This document shows positions 42,700-56,588 of a stretch of DNA of 64,000 nucleotides, piece after piece. A model generated the notes under the pieces. That model was given only the letters and a program-made list of their open reading frames with translations, had not been told where the DNA came from and searched no databases. This DNA comes from Octopus sinensis (Eukaryota): contig NC_043004.1 in NCBI RefSeq assembly GCF_006345805.1, positions 45,694,001 to 45,758,000 on the forward strand, in the 5' to 3' direction. The position numbers were made by a program, and so were the translations under genes. Each line of letters opens with the position of its first letter. Positions within the stretch are counted from its first letter, which is position 1.

Positions 42700-43690
42700 C
42701 TCGATTTTAAAATGGGTCTAGGTGAGATATTTAAAGGGAAGTGGCTGGTATTTCTGGCAGGTCGAACTACTTCGTAAGATCTTCGTTATATCTCGTTACA
42801 TGCCTTCCTCTTAAAAAGTTGAGAGAGCATATTGTGAAAATAGAACTAAATAAGTTATATATGACCAAACAAGATGGAATAGTTACCACTGGAACCCTTT
42901 GAATAATAGACCTGCGCGATTACGTCTTATTTATACTTCAAGAACAGCAATTCAGAAAGGCTTTAGCATCAGGTAGCTTCACATACGTGCCACGAAAATG
43001 TAGACAAATGTGCAATGGCCAGGTTTGCATAGTATTGAATTGAACTTAATTGCAAAAATTTATTTGTATATTCGGGGAAAGTAAATATGTCCTGCATTGC
43101 TTTCGTTATAGACTGACATCTTACCCAGTGGGGAGATTTATTTAATATTCGCCAAACATTATGAAATTGATGCTAAGCAAACATCCTTCGATATCAGAAA
43201 TTCAAAACAATAAGCAGTAGTGAATTTTGAACTCAAATCATTCCAGTTCTCGCAGTACGTTTGTATCCAGCCCTATAAAAGGATGTATATTCTCAAACAA
43301 CAGACAGAAATGAAACGAAGAACTTCGAATGTTTTACAGACATGATGTTCTCTTCCTCTACATTGACATTCGCAGATGTAAAGCAACAATTTTATTATGA
43401 GAGTCTTATTGTATCAACAATGTCATTTAAAGGGTCTTATCGGAACAATAATGGCGTTTTTCGGCGGGTTAAGACGATAATTATAGTGAAATCTTGACAA
43501 TAATTCTGTTAGATGCCCGAAGGAAGCTTCTGCTGTAGTGCTTTAGTGAAATAGATAAGTAGCGATAATTCGGTTCCATAACCAGTTATGTGGCTGAATA
43601 ACGTTATAATCAAATATTTGACTAAGATATAAAGAAACTGAGGTGGGAATTTATTCAGTAACATCTGAACAGAGAAGGGCAAGCTGGCTG
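42700..43690 (-). pseudogene. Putative LRR/hinge exon relic, paralogue of 38.4-38.8 kb
   Basis: ttttttttttcAG acceptor (43688-89); ACPSLFRCY; FDYNVIQ; SFGHLTELLSRFHYNYRL; LPDAKAFLNCC. Confidence 0.4.
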
Positions 43691-44088
43691 AAAAAAAAAA
43701 CGTTCGGTTATAGGGAACTCACGCTCTCTACTTAAGGTGTAACGCCTTATAGTTAAACAAAGCTGTGAATAAGTAGCTTAAATACATGACTTTCTGTGTT
43801 TACCACAGGGCATATACTTAAAACTAGAATGAATGAAGTGCACTGCCTTCGTAGTAGTTAAATTTACCGAATCCTATTCTTTGCCTTGTACGTTGCTTAT
43901 CGAATGGATAATCTACCTACAGGCCATAGGTAAGCTACAAGGCATCTTTGTAGGACGCACTGATTTAACGGCCATCGTCTGTTCGAAAGCCGCACAAGAA
44001 CAGCTAGCAATTTCTCGTAAAAAAGCAGGATCTCTACCAGTCAGTGAATCAATGAATGGATGAATCAGTCAACCAGTCAATAAATCAT

Positions 44089-44173
<85 letters not shown>

Positions 44174-44205
44174 ATACCTACGTATCTATCTATCTATATA
44201 CCTAC

Positions 44206-44249
<44 letters not shown>

Positions 44250-44378
44250 ATATCTATCTATCTATCTATCTACCTACCTATCTACCTATCTATCTATCTA
44301 TCTATCTATCTCTATCTATCTATCTATCTATCTATCTATCCATCTACCTGTCTGTCTGTCTGTCTGTCTGTCTATCTG

Positions 44379-44900
44379 TCTTTTCATTCGCAATTCCTTG
44401 CTCAGAATGTTTTGGCAGGAGCTCCAGGATAACTTGGTCGTATCAAACGTCTGTCAATTTTTGGGTGACGGTCCTCCAAGATCAGTTTATGAATTGTCAT
44501 GAGATTTTCATTCGTTCGGGAGATCGACGGTCGTCCTGAACGACAATTGACCATTTCAAAAGCGTGGAGACCACTAGTAAACCTGTGTTTAGCTTATCGC
44601 AACGTTCTTGTAAGCTGTCTGAAGCATGAGAACTGTTATGGCCGCCGTTTTCTGTCTATAGAAAACAGAAATTCACGGAAGTACGATGTCCCTTCGTTTC
44701 AGTCATCGCAAAAATCGACGAAAAGGGGTGAAGCACAGCAAAACAAAGACGCACCACCTGGCAGTATGACTAATGCGAGCTACGCAGGCCTGCAGACTGA
44801 TGCCTGAGGTTGGCATTAAGTGATTCCTTACGGCGGAAGCCTGAACTATAACGGGCTTGTTCCACAGAGAACGTTTCCGGTTACATTTGGGTACCACTCG
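44379..44900 (-). mobile_element. 5' fragment of a mariner
   Basis: TIR cgagtggtacccaaatgtaaccggaa with TA at 44901-02; decayed N-terminus ending CQNILSKELRMKR. Confidence 0.75.
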
Positions 44901-44931
44901 TATACATACATACATACATATATTCATACAA

Positions 44932-45000
<69 letters not shown>

Positions 45001-46024
45001 ATATATATATATATATGTATATATATGTACGTATGTATGTACGTGTGTCTGTGACTATGCGTGCTTGAATGTGTACGTGTGTAAGTGTACATAACTTGTA
45101 TGTCTGAGTGTGTGTGATGTACGACAACTATATTAGACCAAGCCACTCCTTCAGAAATTTGTTGGCATTTACACCACTCTCGCCTCCCCTTCACTTAACA
45201 TCATAAACTGGAGTACACACTTGTGTGTATTCGTATATGTTCTGGGCAAGACTGCATTAAAATGGAAGGTTAACAAACCAGACATAGTTATCTGGGACTG
45301 GAAAATAAATCAAGTGCAACGTACTATTACATATGTGAAAATATATACATCTATATATGCAATTTCATTCTGATCTGCACCTGTGTATGCGTATGGTTAC
45401 ATACTTATTTGCATTCATCCTTATACGCTTGTATGTATATATGTATACGGTCTTGCATGCATAAAACGACTTCCTTGTTGATGTCCAATTTTACTTTGGT
45501 TAGAAATTCGAAAAATAAAAGCAGGAAAGACATTCATCCACCAACCGTTTGTCTAGCCAATGTCCCTCCATACAGCCAAAGAGTTCTTAATTCTTTCTTA
45601 GCTAAATTATACTGATGGACAGAGATGCGTTGGAAATCTGCTCTTCCTGAAATGAAAACTTCAAAGGATTGAAAAGAAACACACACACACACACACACAC
45701 ACAACACACACACACACACAACACACGCACAGAGACACACACACTGACACGCACAGACACACACACAGACACACATACATACACACACACACAGACACAC
45801 ACACACGCACACACATACACACACACACATAGACACACAGACACACACACAGACACAGACACACACAGACACACAGACAGACACACATACACACAGACAC
45901 ACACACACATACGCGCGCGCGCGCACACACACACACACACACACGTACATTACAGGATAATAGGAAACTGATACTTCTCTAATCAATACTCTGAATATGT
46001 TTCTCTGTTTTCTATAATTCTATA

Positions 46025-46408
46025 GTGGAGGCGCAATGGCCCAGTGGTTAGGGCAGCAGACTCGCGGTCATAGGATCGTGGTTTCGATTCCCAGACCGGG
46101 CGTTGTGAGTGTTTATTGAGCGAAAAACACCTAAAGCTCCACGAGCCTCCGGCAGGGGATGGTGGTGAACTTTGCTGTACTCTTTCACCACAACTTTCTC
46201 TCACTCTTACTTCCTGTTTCTGTTGTACCTGTATTTCAAAGGGCCGGCCTTGTCACTCTCTGTGTCACGCTGAATATCCCCGAGAACGACGTTAAGGGTA
46301 CACGTGTCTGTGGAGTGCTCAGCCACTTACACGTTAATTTCACGAGCAGGCTGTTCCGTTGATCGGATCAACCGGAAACCTCGTCGTCGTAACCGACGGA
46401 GTGCTTCC
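46025..46408 (+). mobile_element. tRNA-headed SINE, type F (type E head, different tail)
   Basis: 11-bp TSD ataattctata at 46014-46024 and 46409-46419. Confidence 0.9.
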
Positions 46409-46666
46409 ATAATTCTATAATATCAAGTGAGAACCACGAAAGTCTAATGCTAGAGTACCATCAATAAATTCATTTACGTACACAAAAAGATTACATAAAA
46501 CTAAAAGAATTCAAATTAAAATATTACTAAAATTTGTGACAAGATGACAACAATTTTGTTAATTTCTTTTTAAATTAAACTTTACCTTCTAGTTGATTCT
46601 GTGTTGCTGTTAAAATAATATGAAATTCAATCAAGAGTTTTATCTTTGGCTATCCATCTATCTATC

Positions 46667-46772
<106 letters not shown>

Positions 46773-46842
46773 ATGTCTGTATGTCTGTCTGACTGTCTGT
46801 CTATCTATCTATCTATGTATCTATCTATCAATCAATCAATCA

Positions 46843-46880
<38 letters not shown>

Positions 46881-46894
46881 ATATCCTTCTATCC

Positions 46895-46950
<56 letters not shown>

Positions 46951-46971
46951 ATCTATCTATCTATCTATCTA

Positions 46972-47721
46972 TTGTCACGCCTCCTTCCTTCAAACGGGAA
47001 GGAAGAGCTATTTTCATCATCCTTGTGGCTATGGCGAAAGAATGTATCTGGTGGACGCGTCTGAAAGGATTGGAGACAAACACTTTCCTCTCTGGTCAAT
47101 CTCTCATCAACTTCTTCAAGTACCACTTGAAAAGGAAAGTGAGAGTAGAGAGGCAAGTTTTGTCTAGCGAATGTTTTAAAAAAAGATGGGTGAATGTAGC
47201 AAGGATGGCACGTATGAATGACGAAGCCACCTTGAGCATAATCCTATGAACCCAGAAATTGAAAACAGAGGGTTACCCACTTGCAAACAAATGTGGTAAC
47301 ATATAACAATATTGACCAAGGTTACCGTAGTCTTTTTCGTAGGCTTTTCTTCCCACGGATAAACCTTACTTGCTTTCCCCTTTACACCATATATCATAAC
47401 ACTGTGATACACGATCCCTATTGATCGTTCTTTTTTTTCCTCTTCCCCTTTTTTTCCCCTTTTTTCTTCTTTTTTCATTTCTCTTTTCTTTTGTTCCTTT
47501 TCCTTTCCTTTTTTTTCTTTTTATTATTTTTATTTTTTATTTTATTTATTTATTTTTTATTTTTTTTATTTATTTTTTTTTTTTTGGTCTTTTCTTCCCT
47601 TTTACGATCCCTCTTGATCGAAAACCTACGCCACCCCCTTTTTTTTTCATCCCCCAAAAGAAAAGCTCTACCTTGTAACTTGTCCCATCTGTGTGCAGCC
47701 CTGTGTGGCCAATAAAGAAAC
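46972..47721 (+). mobile_element. 5'-truncated Tx1/L1-like LINE: ORF2 C-terminus plus 3' UTR, inside (TATC)n
   Basis: [22 protein letters not shown]...FFKYHLKRKVRVERQVLSSECFKKRW; AATAAA at 47711; (TATC)n on both sides. Confidence 0.7.
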
Positions 47722-47761
47722 TTATCTATCTATCTATCTATCTATCCATCTATATCCATCC

Positions 47762-47843
<82 letters not shown>

Positions 47844-47872
47844 ATATATATATTATTATATATATATATATT

Positions 47873-47905
<33 letters not shown>

Positions 47906-47996
47906 CGTCAATTCAAATCAAACAATGAAATTAACATTACAGTGGAAGACAACAAGAGGAGGGGCACAAAGAATATTAACCACTAGGCCATTGCGC

Positions 47997-48116
<120 letters not shown>

Positions 48117-48505
48117 TGTATGTATGTATTATGTATGTATGTATGTGTGTGTATGTATAAAATTTTGAGAGAAATCACTATTAAACAATTCAGTAGCGAT
48201 AGACGTTATTCACACCATATAGAAAAAGTTAAATATACTATAGAAAACATTATTCTAAAAATCAATAGAGTGCATAAACAATAAATAGTAAATAGTATAT
48301 ATATAATGTACTGTTCCGCGATGGTACGATCAACAAAAATGTACTCTAACAGGTGAGGGACATATATCATATAATAGACACATTATATATGTTTTTATAT
48401 GCTACTATTAGGTTCATGCGCTCAGAAAATGCTAAACAGTAATTCATAACACGTCTGGTGTCCTGGCACCACAATAAGACACTGCTATATTGGCATAACG
48501 GACTA

Positions 48506-48896
48506 TCTATATATATAAAAGTGAGGTTGTATGGTGTCTGTCTCCTACGATTTAGATTCCTAACTACTCCCACATTTTGCAGTGCAGTTTAACCAAAACC
48601 GGGTATCTTATAGTAGTGATTCATATCGAGCCCTTCTGGGTATTAGCTCGCGTCTACGATGAGTCTACGATTAAAAAAAAAGTTTACCATCATTTTTTCT
48701 AATTTTTAATGCAATTTTGGCATATATAAGGGAAGTAACTCTCTAAAAATGTATTATTAAATCTCAGAACGTAAAAAGCTACAGAAACACACCCCTTGTG
48801 GTTAGCCATATTGAGATGGCTATTATACTTTACATCTCTAAAAAATGCTTATATAGCTATTTCCCTTACAAACTCAAGCAACGCCGGGCGATACTG

Positions 48897-48900
<4 letters not shown>
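48506..48900 (+). mobile_element. Non-autonomous Helitron-like element
   Basis: 5' A|TCTATATATATAAAA; 3' degenerate hairpin ctcaagcaacgccggg then CTAT (CTAG variant). Confidence 0.7.
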
Positions 48901-48979
<79 letters not shown>

Positions 48980-49049
48980 ATATATTATAATATATTTATA
49001 TACATTCATATATATTTATATACATATATACAAATATATATACATTTAT

Positions 49050-49084
<35 letters not shown>

Positions 49085-49277
49085 TATATAGATATATAAT
49101 ATATATATATGTATATATATATATAAATAATTTTAAATTCTAAACTTTAAATTTAAATAATTAAATTTTGAATTTTATATTTTATATATTTTGTATATTA
49201 TATTAATTTTATTTCTATGTTTTGGTTTATGTTTTTCACTGTTTGATTTGCCTAATAGTGGTTTTATCTCTAATTTA

Positions 49278-49315
<38 letters not shown>

Positions 49316-49321
49316 GTATGG

Positions 49322-49447
<126 letters not shown>

Positions 49448-49614
49448 TGAGATAGGGGTTGTGAGTACAACCCACCATGGGATAAACATATCCAATATAC
49501 TGCCAGTAAAGCACCCAACAAAGTTAATGCATAAATGTTAAGAATTGCGATGCAATTAATTCAGTTATTGTATTATATGGCCGAAGGTAAAATGTTTTAC
49601 CACAAATTAATAAT

Positions 49615-49809
49615 ACAAAATAAGAAAATGGAGAAATACACCTTAATCAATAATCAACTACCAAATAATACCCAATCACATAATTTATTAACCCACTACA
49701 TATGAACATCAAGGTGACCTTGATGTTCATATGGGTTAATAAATTATGTGATTGGGTATTATTTGGTAGTTGATTATTGATTAAGGTGTATTTCTCCATT
49801 TTCTTATTT

Positions 49810-49812
<3 letters not shown>
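49615..49812. repeat. Near-perfect 198-bp palindrome
   Basis: 80-bp outer arms, 16-bp inner arms, one 5-nt bulge, centre at 49716. Confidence 0.95.
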
Positions 49813-49859
<47 letters not shown>

Positions 49860-49887
49860 CATACATACATACATACATACATACATG

Positions 49888-49958
<71 letters not shown>

Positions 49959-49959
<1 letters not shown>

Positions 49960-50068
49960 ATTGTGGTATTTCGGAATGGTCATTTTGCCAGTTTAGCCAA
50001 TAAAAACACGCGCACCATATATTTTATTGGCTAAACTGTCAAAATGACCATTCCGAAATACAACAATA
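49959..50068. repeat. Hairpin with 47-bp arms and a 16-nt loop
   Basis: Two mismatches; a single-arm homologue lies at ~1365-1400. Confidence 0.95.
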
Positions 50069-50121
50069 CCTGTTTCAACACACGATTTCGCATAAAAAAA
50101 TCTTGCACAACAAATATACAA

Positions 50122-50171
<50 letters not shown>

Positions 50172-50177
50172 TATATA

Positions 50178-50518
50178 GTGAAGATGCAAGACTCAGGGAT
50201 TAGAGCGTCGATCACACGATCGTGAGGTAGTGTGTTCGATTCCTTGTCCGGGCTGTGTTTTGTCTTCTTGAGCAAAACACTTTATTTCACGTTGCTCCAG
50301 TTCACTCAGCTGTAGAAATGAGTTGCGACATCACAGGTGCCAAGCTGTATCTGCCTTTGCCTTTCCCTTTGATAACACTGGTGGCGTGGAGAGGGGAGGC
50401 CGGTATGCTTGGGCGACTGCTGGCCTTCCATGAACAAACTTGCCCGGACTTGTGTCTGGGGGGGGGTGACTTTCTAGGTGCAATCCCATGGTCAGTGTCA
50501 TGACCGAAAGTGGTCTCA
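50178..50518 (+). mobile_element. SINE type D
   Basis: Colinear with 20315-20650. Confidence 0.9.
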
Positions 50519-51134
50519 GCATATATATATATATATCGCCACATGCTGGCTAGCCATGCATGAAGTTTGAAATTTAAACACCACACCATATACGATAAAT
50601 TGGAAAATAATCGAAAATTCTACACTGCGTGTTAACGGATCAAATACTAGCTATGCTTTCCTGAAAGAACTCAGATACCTTTCAAATCTAAGATGTCTAA
50701 CCCCTGCTGAACTGTAGATCCGAAATATTCAGTGCTTGTAAGCATATGACTAAGTTACCGTAGAATTAGAAAGTGCTCCCCTCTCCATTGACACTAAGCT
50801 ACTATCTTTCAAGCCTTATAAATTTCGGTCTAAGGGGAACAACTCCAATTCCCCCTTTTGCTTCTTATAAGAAAGCATTCTTATACGTCTTCCTGTTTTT
50901 CAACCTTCTATCTTTTATATATATTTCCTTCTCGTCTTTGCTCGCCTTTTCTGTCGTTCCATTTTTAGTTCATTATGACATGTAACAGGGTCTGATAATT
51001 ACGCTAGGGTACCAGACGTGTTAAAAACAGTATTTGGCATGTTCTAAGCACATGAAACTAATGGTAGCACATAAAATGATATAGTGTGTTTATTAAATAA
51101 CACACAAACACGTGCACGCACGCACACACTTATA

Positions 51135-52190
51135 TAATTCGTAGTTTTGAAATATGAGTACTTTCTTGGAAATACTGCATCACAGACTGCTCTGAAAATT
51201 AATTGAGTATTTCATTCTAATGCTATTACACAGTGGACCATATCAAATTGGTTTGCAAAATTTCCTCCTGGTAAATTTGTCCTCACAAATGAACAACGCG
51301 GTCGACTAGAAACAAAGGTGGATAATGATGAACTGAAAGCCACCGTCGAGTCTGGTCCACCTCAATGTGCTCGTGAATTACTGTTGTTGTTGGATGTTAG
51401 CAAGCAAACAATATTGACTCACCTAGTTCAAATCGGTAAAGTGAAAAAAGTTGGATAAGTGAATTCCACATGAACTCAATGATAATCAGAAACAGCAACG
51501 TTTGGAAGCTTGCATTATGCTACTTTGTCGTCACAAAAATGAATCAGTTTTGAATCGAATTGTAATATGTGATGAGAAATGGATCCATCACAACAACCGT
51601 AAACGTTCAGTGCAATGATTGGACAAAGACAAGCCAACAAAACACAGTCCAAAAAGCAAAATGTTTGGTGGTCTGGCGTAGGTGTGATCCATTATGATTT
51701 CATTAAACCTGGCTCATCAGTCACGGCCGAAGTATACTGCAGCCAACTGGACCAAATGATGCAGAAACTTACAAAAAACAGCTTAGATTAATCAACAGAT
51801 CCACTCCTATTTTATTGCAATACAATGCCAGACCACACATCCCAAAAATGACAATGCCGAAACTACAGGAGTTGGAGTTGCAAGTTCTCCATCATCCACC
51901 ATACTCACCTAATTCTTCTCCCACTGACTACCACTTCTTCCAGACTGGATAACTTTTTTCATAGGAAAAAAAACAAATTCCAAAGATGCTGTAAAACAGG
52001 CCTTTCAAGATTTTATTGACTCTAGATTGCCAGGCTTTTACAGTTCCGGGCTGGACAAGCTACCGCTGAAATGGCAAAAGTGTATTGACAATATGGGTTC
52101 ATACTTTGATGAATAAAACGATTGCTTGTATCTATAAAACATTAGCAAACTTTCTTTTCTTTTCTACAAATTTCATACTTGACGACCTAA
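51135..52190 (+). mobile_element. Decayed mariner, 5'-truncated
   Basis: RIVICDEKWIH, YNARPH, HPPYSPNSSPTDYHFF; 3' TIR ..cttgacgacctaa followed by TA. Confidence 0.9.
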
Positions 52191-53672
52191 TATATACACA
52201 TATATATGTATACGTACATATGCATATACATATATTACTTATTGGCAGAAAATACAAAATGAGTGTATGTAAATATAATATTGCTTGAAAATATTCTGAA
52301 GTCAAAGATCTTGGTCCTTCAGTCACATTGTCTGAAATCTGAATAGCAATAGTAAAAGTTATACGTATATATACATATGAAGCAGTGTGTATAAAACGTA
52401 TAGTGTACTACACAAATGCTTTTTCTCTCCTAAAAATATTTTGAAATTGTCTTGTGCGTTTTGAATCATGGTTCACTCAGTCTGTCGTCAGCAATTTCTC
52501 AGAAAAGGTGTTTCAACTTGTTTTAGGCTCGGCAGTGTTGGACTCGCCCGATTTTGAACGAAGAGGAAAAATATTCTCTTTGATATAGTAACCAGTAAAA
52601 ACAACATTCAGATTTGCGCCAAATTTGGTCAAGCTAGAATTAAACTAATCTACTCACGTGAAACGGCATTAGTTGAAAATAACGATATATATATATTTGA
52701 AAAAAGGATCGAAAATACCAAATTATTGTCTTACAAGTTTGATTTCCCGGATTCTGTCGCGTATGCAGTGAATAAGAATTATAGTGAAATATCTTGAGAC
52801 TATAGTAAATCAGACAGTAAGACATTGCCTTCTCTATCTATTACAGTACACGTATCAATAGTAACATTGTATGATTATATTCTCGATTATTTATGTCCTC
52901 TACCATTGTTCATTTTAGCCGTAGTTTTTCAGCCAGTAACTTGCTAGCCTTATAAATGATTATATTTTCGACCACTTATATACTCTACTATCCTTCATTT
53001 TATTCGTAGCTGTTGAGCCAGTAACTTGGTACCGCTCACATATAAACTTTTCAACGTTTATTTGAGCAATTATTGAAATCCCAATGTATTCTGATCAGGA
53101 TTTTAACAGTATTTAATGGAGCTGGGTGTGATTTTACTTGCTGGTGATTAATGGACTGAAATGCTTCGGTTCTTAAATGCACAAATACTCAAAGAAATAT
53201 ATAACAACAAAAAAAAAAAAGATAATGGGCATGATTTTTCATACACCCCTACGCACATTCCCATGCGCAATCTTTTCAGTCACGCACGCAGACACACACG
53301 AACACACATAAACAGAAAATAATGTCGCCAAGGTGCATCTGTGTCGCATAAAAACCGATGCATGGGTCAGAATTCAGGAGTGTTAAGCGCATTAGTGAGA
53401 TGAATCGGCTTACTTGTTAGCATATTGCTCTATTAAGGATTATATGTGCCCACTACTGGAGAAAGAAAGAATATTTCGTAGTCATAGGGGAATTCTAGAA
53501 TGTTAAAATGTAAAATAATGTGTTCCGCTCAGAAGAAGTGCGATACCGGCTGCAGTATTTAGGAACAAGTCAACAAGTCATCACATCTACCGGTGTTCTT
53601 GTTTATATATTCATCATTCGGCCATTTCGGATCTTATCAAGCGCACACAACACTTACCCAATCACATATACG

Positions 53673-53728
<56 letters not shown>

Positions 53729-53835
53729 TATAAGACAAATGAGGGTGAAAAATTGTATATTAATTTAATAACATCAATTTAAACACCAGTGGTCTAGCGC
53801 ATAAAAGACTGAGATTCAGTAAATATTATTAATAC

Positions 53836-53959
53836 ACAAATATGAGAGAATCCACTATGTGGATGCTCTTCGCTAGAGATAGATCCGCAAGGTTGAGACC
53901 CTTGCGGATCTATCTCTAGCGTAAGAGCGTCCACATAGTGGATTCTCTCTCATATTTGT
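53836..53959. repeat. Hairpin with ~57-60-bp arms and a 7-nt loop
   Basis: One substitution and two small indels; a single-arm homologue lies at ~1172-1200. Confidence 0.95.
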
Positions 53960-55583
53960 ATATATGTATGTATGTATATATATATATATATTCATATGTG
54001 CGTGTGTGTAGAGTAATATGCGCTTGTTAAAGCTGCAAAATTATCACCTCTCTATAAAAACACAAATATACAATATAAGACCTATATACACGGTTAATAA
54101 TAATAAGAAGAAGAGGGCCACCATCAACTAGGTGATGTATAATTCTCGCGGCACATTTATCACCCATCTTTTACATGGCGTTGACTACGATAACTGGGGA
54201 TTAAAACAAGTTCTTCATTTCTCTATGTCACTGCAGAATGAAAATTAGCTACTTCTCCAGCCCCAAATCGCATTTTGTTTGAGCCAAACTACTTTCCTCA
54301 ATTGATGTAGGTTTTCTGTTCCCACACGCTACCAAGACAAATTTAATTTCCGCCTGGCGCGACTGTGCTCCGATGCTGCGCTATGTAACAATGCATCTTA
54401 AAATGTTTTCTAACTCATCGGATGGAAGGTTGTGTGTTACATGTCTCCCGTTTTTTCTAACAGTTTGTTAGAAAAATTTTTGTTTTTTATTTATGCAGAT
54501 ATTTTCCAAATATCTTACAGCACACGCTGAAGAAACCCCTTCTTCAGCTGTACAACCGTAGCGGCTGCAGCGAAAGCTGTGGCGGTGGCAACGATGGTGC
54601 TGGTGCGATTTGTGTTCGCGTTTCTTACAAAAGTTTCTTTGTTTTTCTTTACTTCTTTAGACTCGTATCGGTATTGCTGATGCTGTTGTCGTGGTTGATG
54701 GTATGGAATTATCGAATGTGTTGTCGAATTGCAAATTTGTCCAACTCTCTAATGTTTTGAAGCAGCTAACAGACAAAATTGTATTACCTTCAGTGCCTGT
54801 TTTCGTTTGCGTGGCGTTGATGTCATTTTCTGTAGTCAATGCTACGTTAATATTCTCTCGATAACGAGTGTCATCATTGAACATTACAATTAATTCATTT
54901 TCCTTCTTTTTTGAAAGTATTTTGAAAAGTATAAAAAAATATTTGCTTTTTCCACATATAATTTTGAGCTGGATGGGCTACTCGACCTGAAGAAAATTTG
55001 CTGTTTATGTTGATATGAAGTCACTATGTCGCGCGCACATGGTAGTGATGCATATACCAGATGTACTCTTACGGTATATGGGGCTTCGTATATTTCATGG
55101 CGTATATTGCTTTCTCAATGATGATGATGATGATGATGATCATGATCATGATGATAATAGTTTCAAATAGTGTTACAAAGTCAGCAATTTTGGGGTCTTT
55201 GTCAAGGACATTGACTCCTGTACATGACTAGCGCTTTATTTTATCGTACCCAAAAGTACAAAAAATGAAGTTAATATCAGGGCCGTCTAAACACAATTAA
55301 AATAAAAAGACACCGCAAAGTGTGCCTCTCTCACCTGTTCCACAATAAAAAAGAATCTGCATTCATTGATCAGTGTTAGGATTAATAACATTAAACCAAA
55401 TCATATTTAATGTCCGAATGTTCTAATAGCAACTTTTAAATGACGTGACCGAAGTAGAGGAGATATATAACAATAATTACTGAAAAGAAAACGGTCGACA
55501 AGGTAGAGGCAAATATCGCATTTTCCGCGTATAACATGCTCTCTCATGAAATGGGCTTCTACAAATTTTCTATAAAAATGTAC

Positions 55584-56032
55584 GGATCTTTTCGGTTTGA
55601 ACGACAGTTTTTGACATAATTTCTAGGTAATTAAAAAATTTTAAACTTCGTATACTGGTAGAATGTGTTTATAAAACATCTTTTTCTCTTGCCTTTATTG
55701 AGAAAATTCTATAGTTTGTAAGTTATTTGTTGTTTTTTTTCTTCAATTTCTGCAAATTCAACCAATCACTGACGTCTATTGAGGTAAAAGAAAAACATTC
55801 TGTGCCGTATGAATATGTCCCTCGTTTAAGAAACAGATTGGGTTTATTTACATTTGTGAAGAAACAAAGATACCCTTCCTCCACCCCTAACCCTAACCCT
55901 AACTCTAACCCTAACTAACCCTAACCCTAAAGGAGATTGAAATGCAATAGATCGATTCTAGGGTCATAAGTATGGGCGATAATTTCATATGACACCGCTA
56001 GAAAAAAACTGCCGTTCAAACAGATAAGATCC
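55584..56032 (+). mobile_element. MITE (29-bp TIR family) with an expanded TAACCC tract
   Basis: 8-bp TSD aaatgtac at 55576-55583 and 56033-56040. Confidence 0.92.
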
Positions 56033-56540
56033 AAATGTACTTTTTGTAAAAGAAAATAAGAAGTCAATTTTGATATGTTTCATTAGACTCTCGTAGACCC
56101 AGTATGCCCATAGATAAGGTCGTATTAATCAAATGGCACTTTTTTAAAATATCCACGGACATATACGCGATCACGCTCAAAGAAACGTGAAGGCCGTTCT
56201 AAAAGATTCTATAGGACGACCTGATTTCGTCAGAGACACGTAAAACAATAGTAGTTACGGTTATACATATATACATGAAGATGTGTGTTTGTGTGTAAAC
56301 ATATAAATCTCTTTATACATATATACGCACATGTATATACTTATATATATATGCACGTTTACATGTATGTATGTATGTATGTATGTATGTATTTACGGAA
56401 AGCATATTGATCATCTGTAAAGTAATAAAAACTTAGAAAAACTTTCCTAAGTATATTAAAAAAAAATGCACCATTATTATCTATTTTACGGACATCCAAA
56501 TATGATAGAATATGACCTGCTATAAACAGAAATACCAAAA

Positions 56541-56588
56541 ATAACTCATAACATCTTTGTTGATGACCTCAAACTAAATGCTAGTAAC
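56541..56588 (+). mobile_element. Very short RT catalytic-motif fragment
   Basis: ITHNIFVDDLKLNASN. Confidence 0.5.

Noticed and set aside
54100-54900. Non-repetitive, GC-richer segment with a 75-aa minus-strand ORF
   Set aside because: No recognisable domain, splice signals or termini; left unexplained rather than called
55887-55930. Interstitial telomere or chromosome fusion scar
   Set aside because: The TAACCC run is internal to a TSD-flanked MITE and is present, shorter, in sister copies
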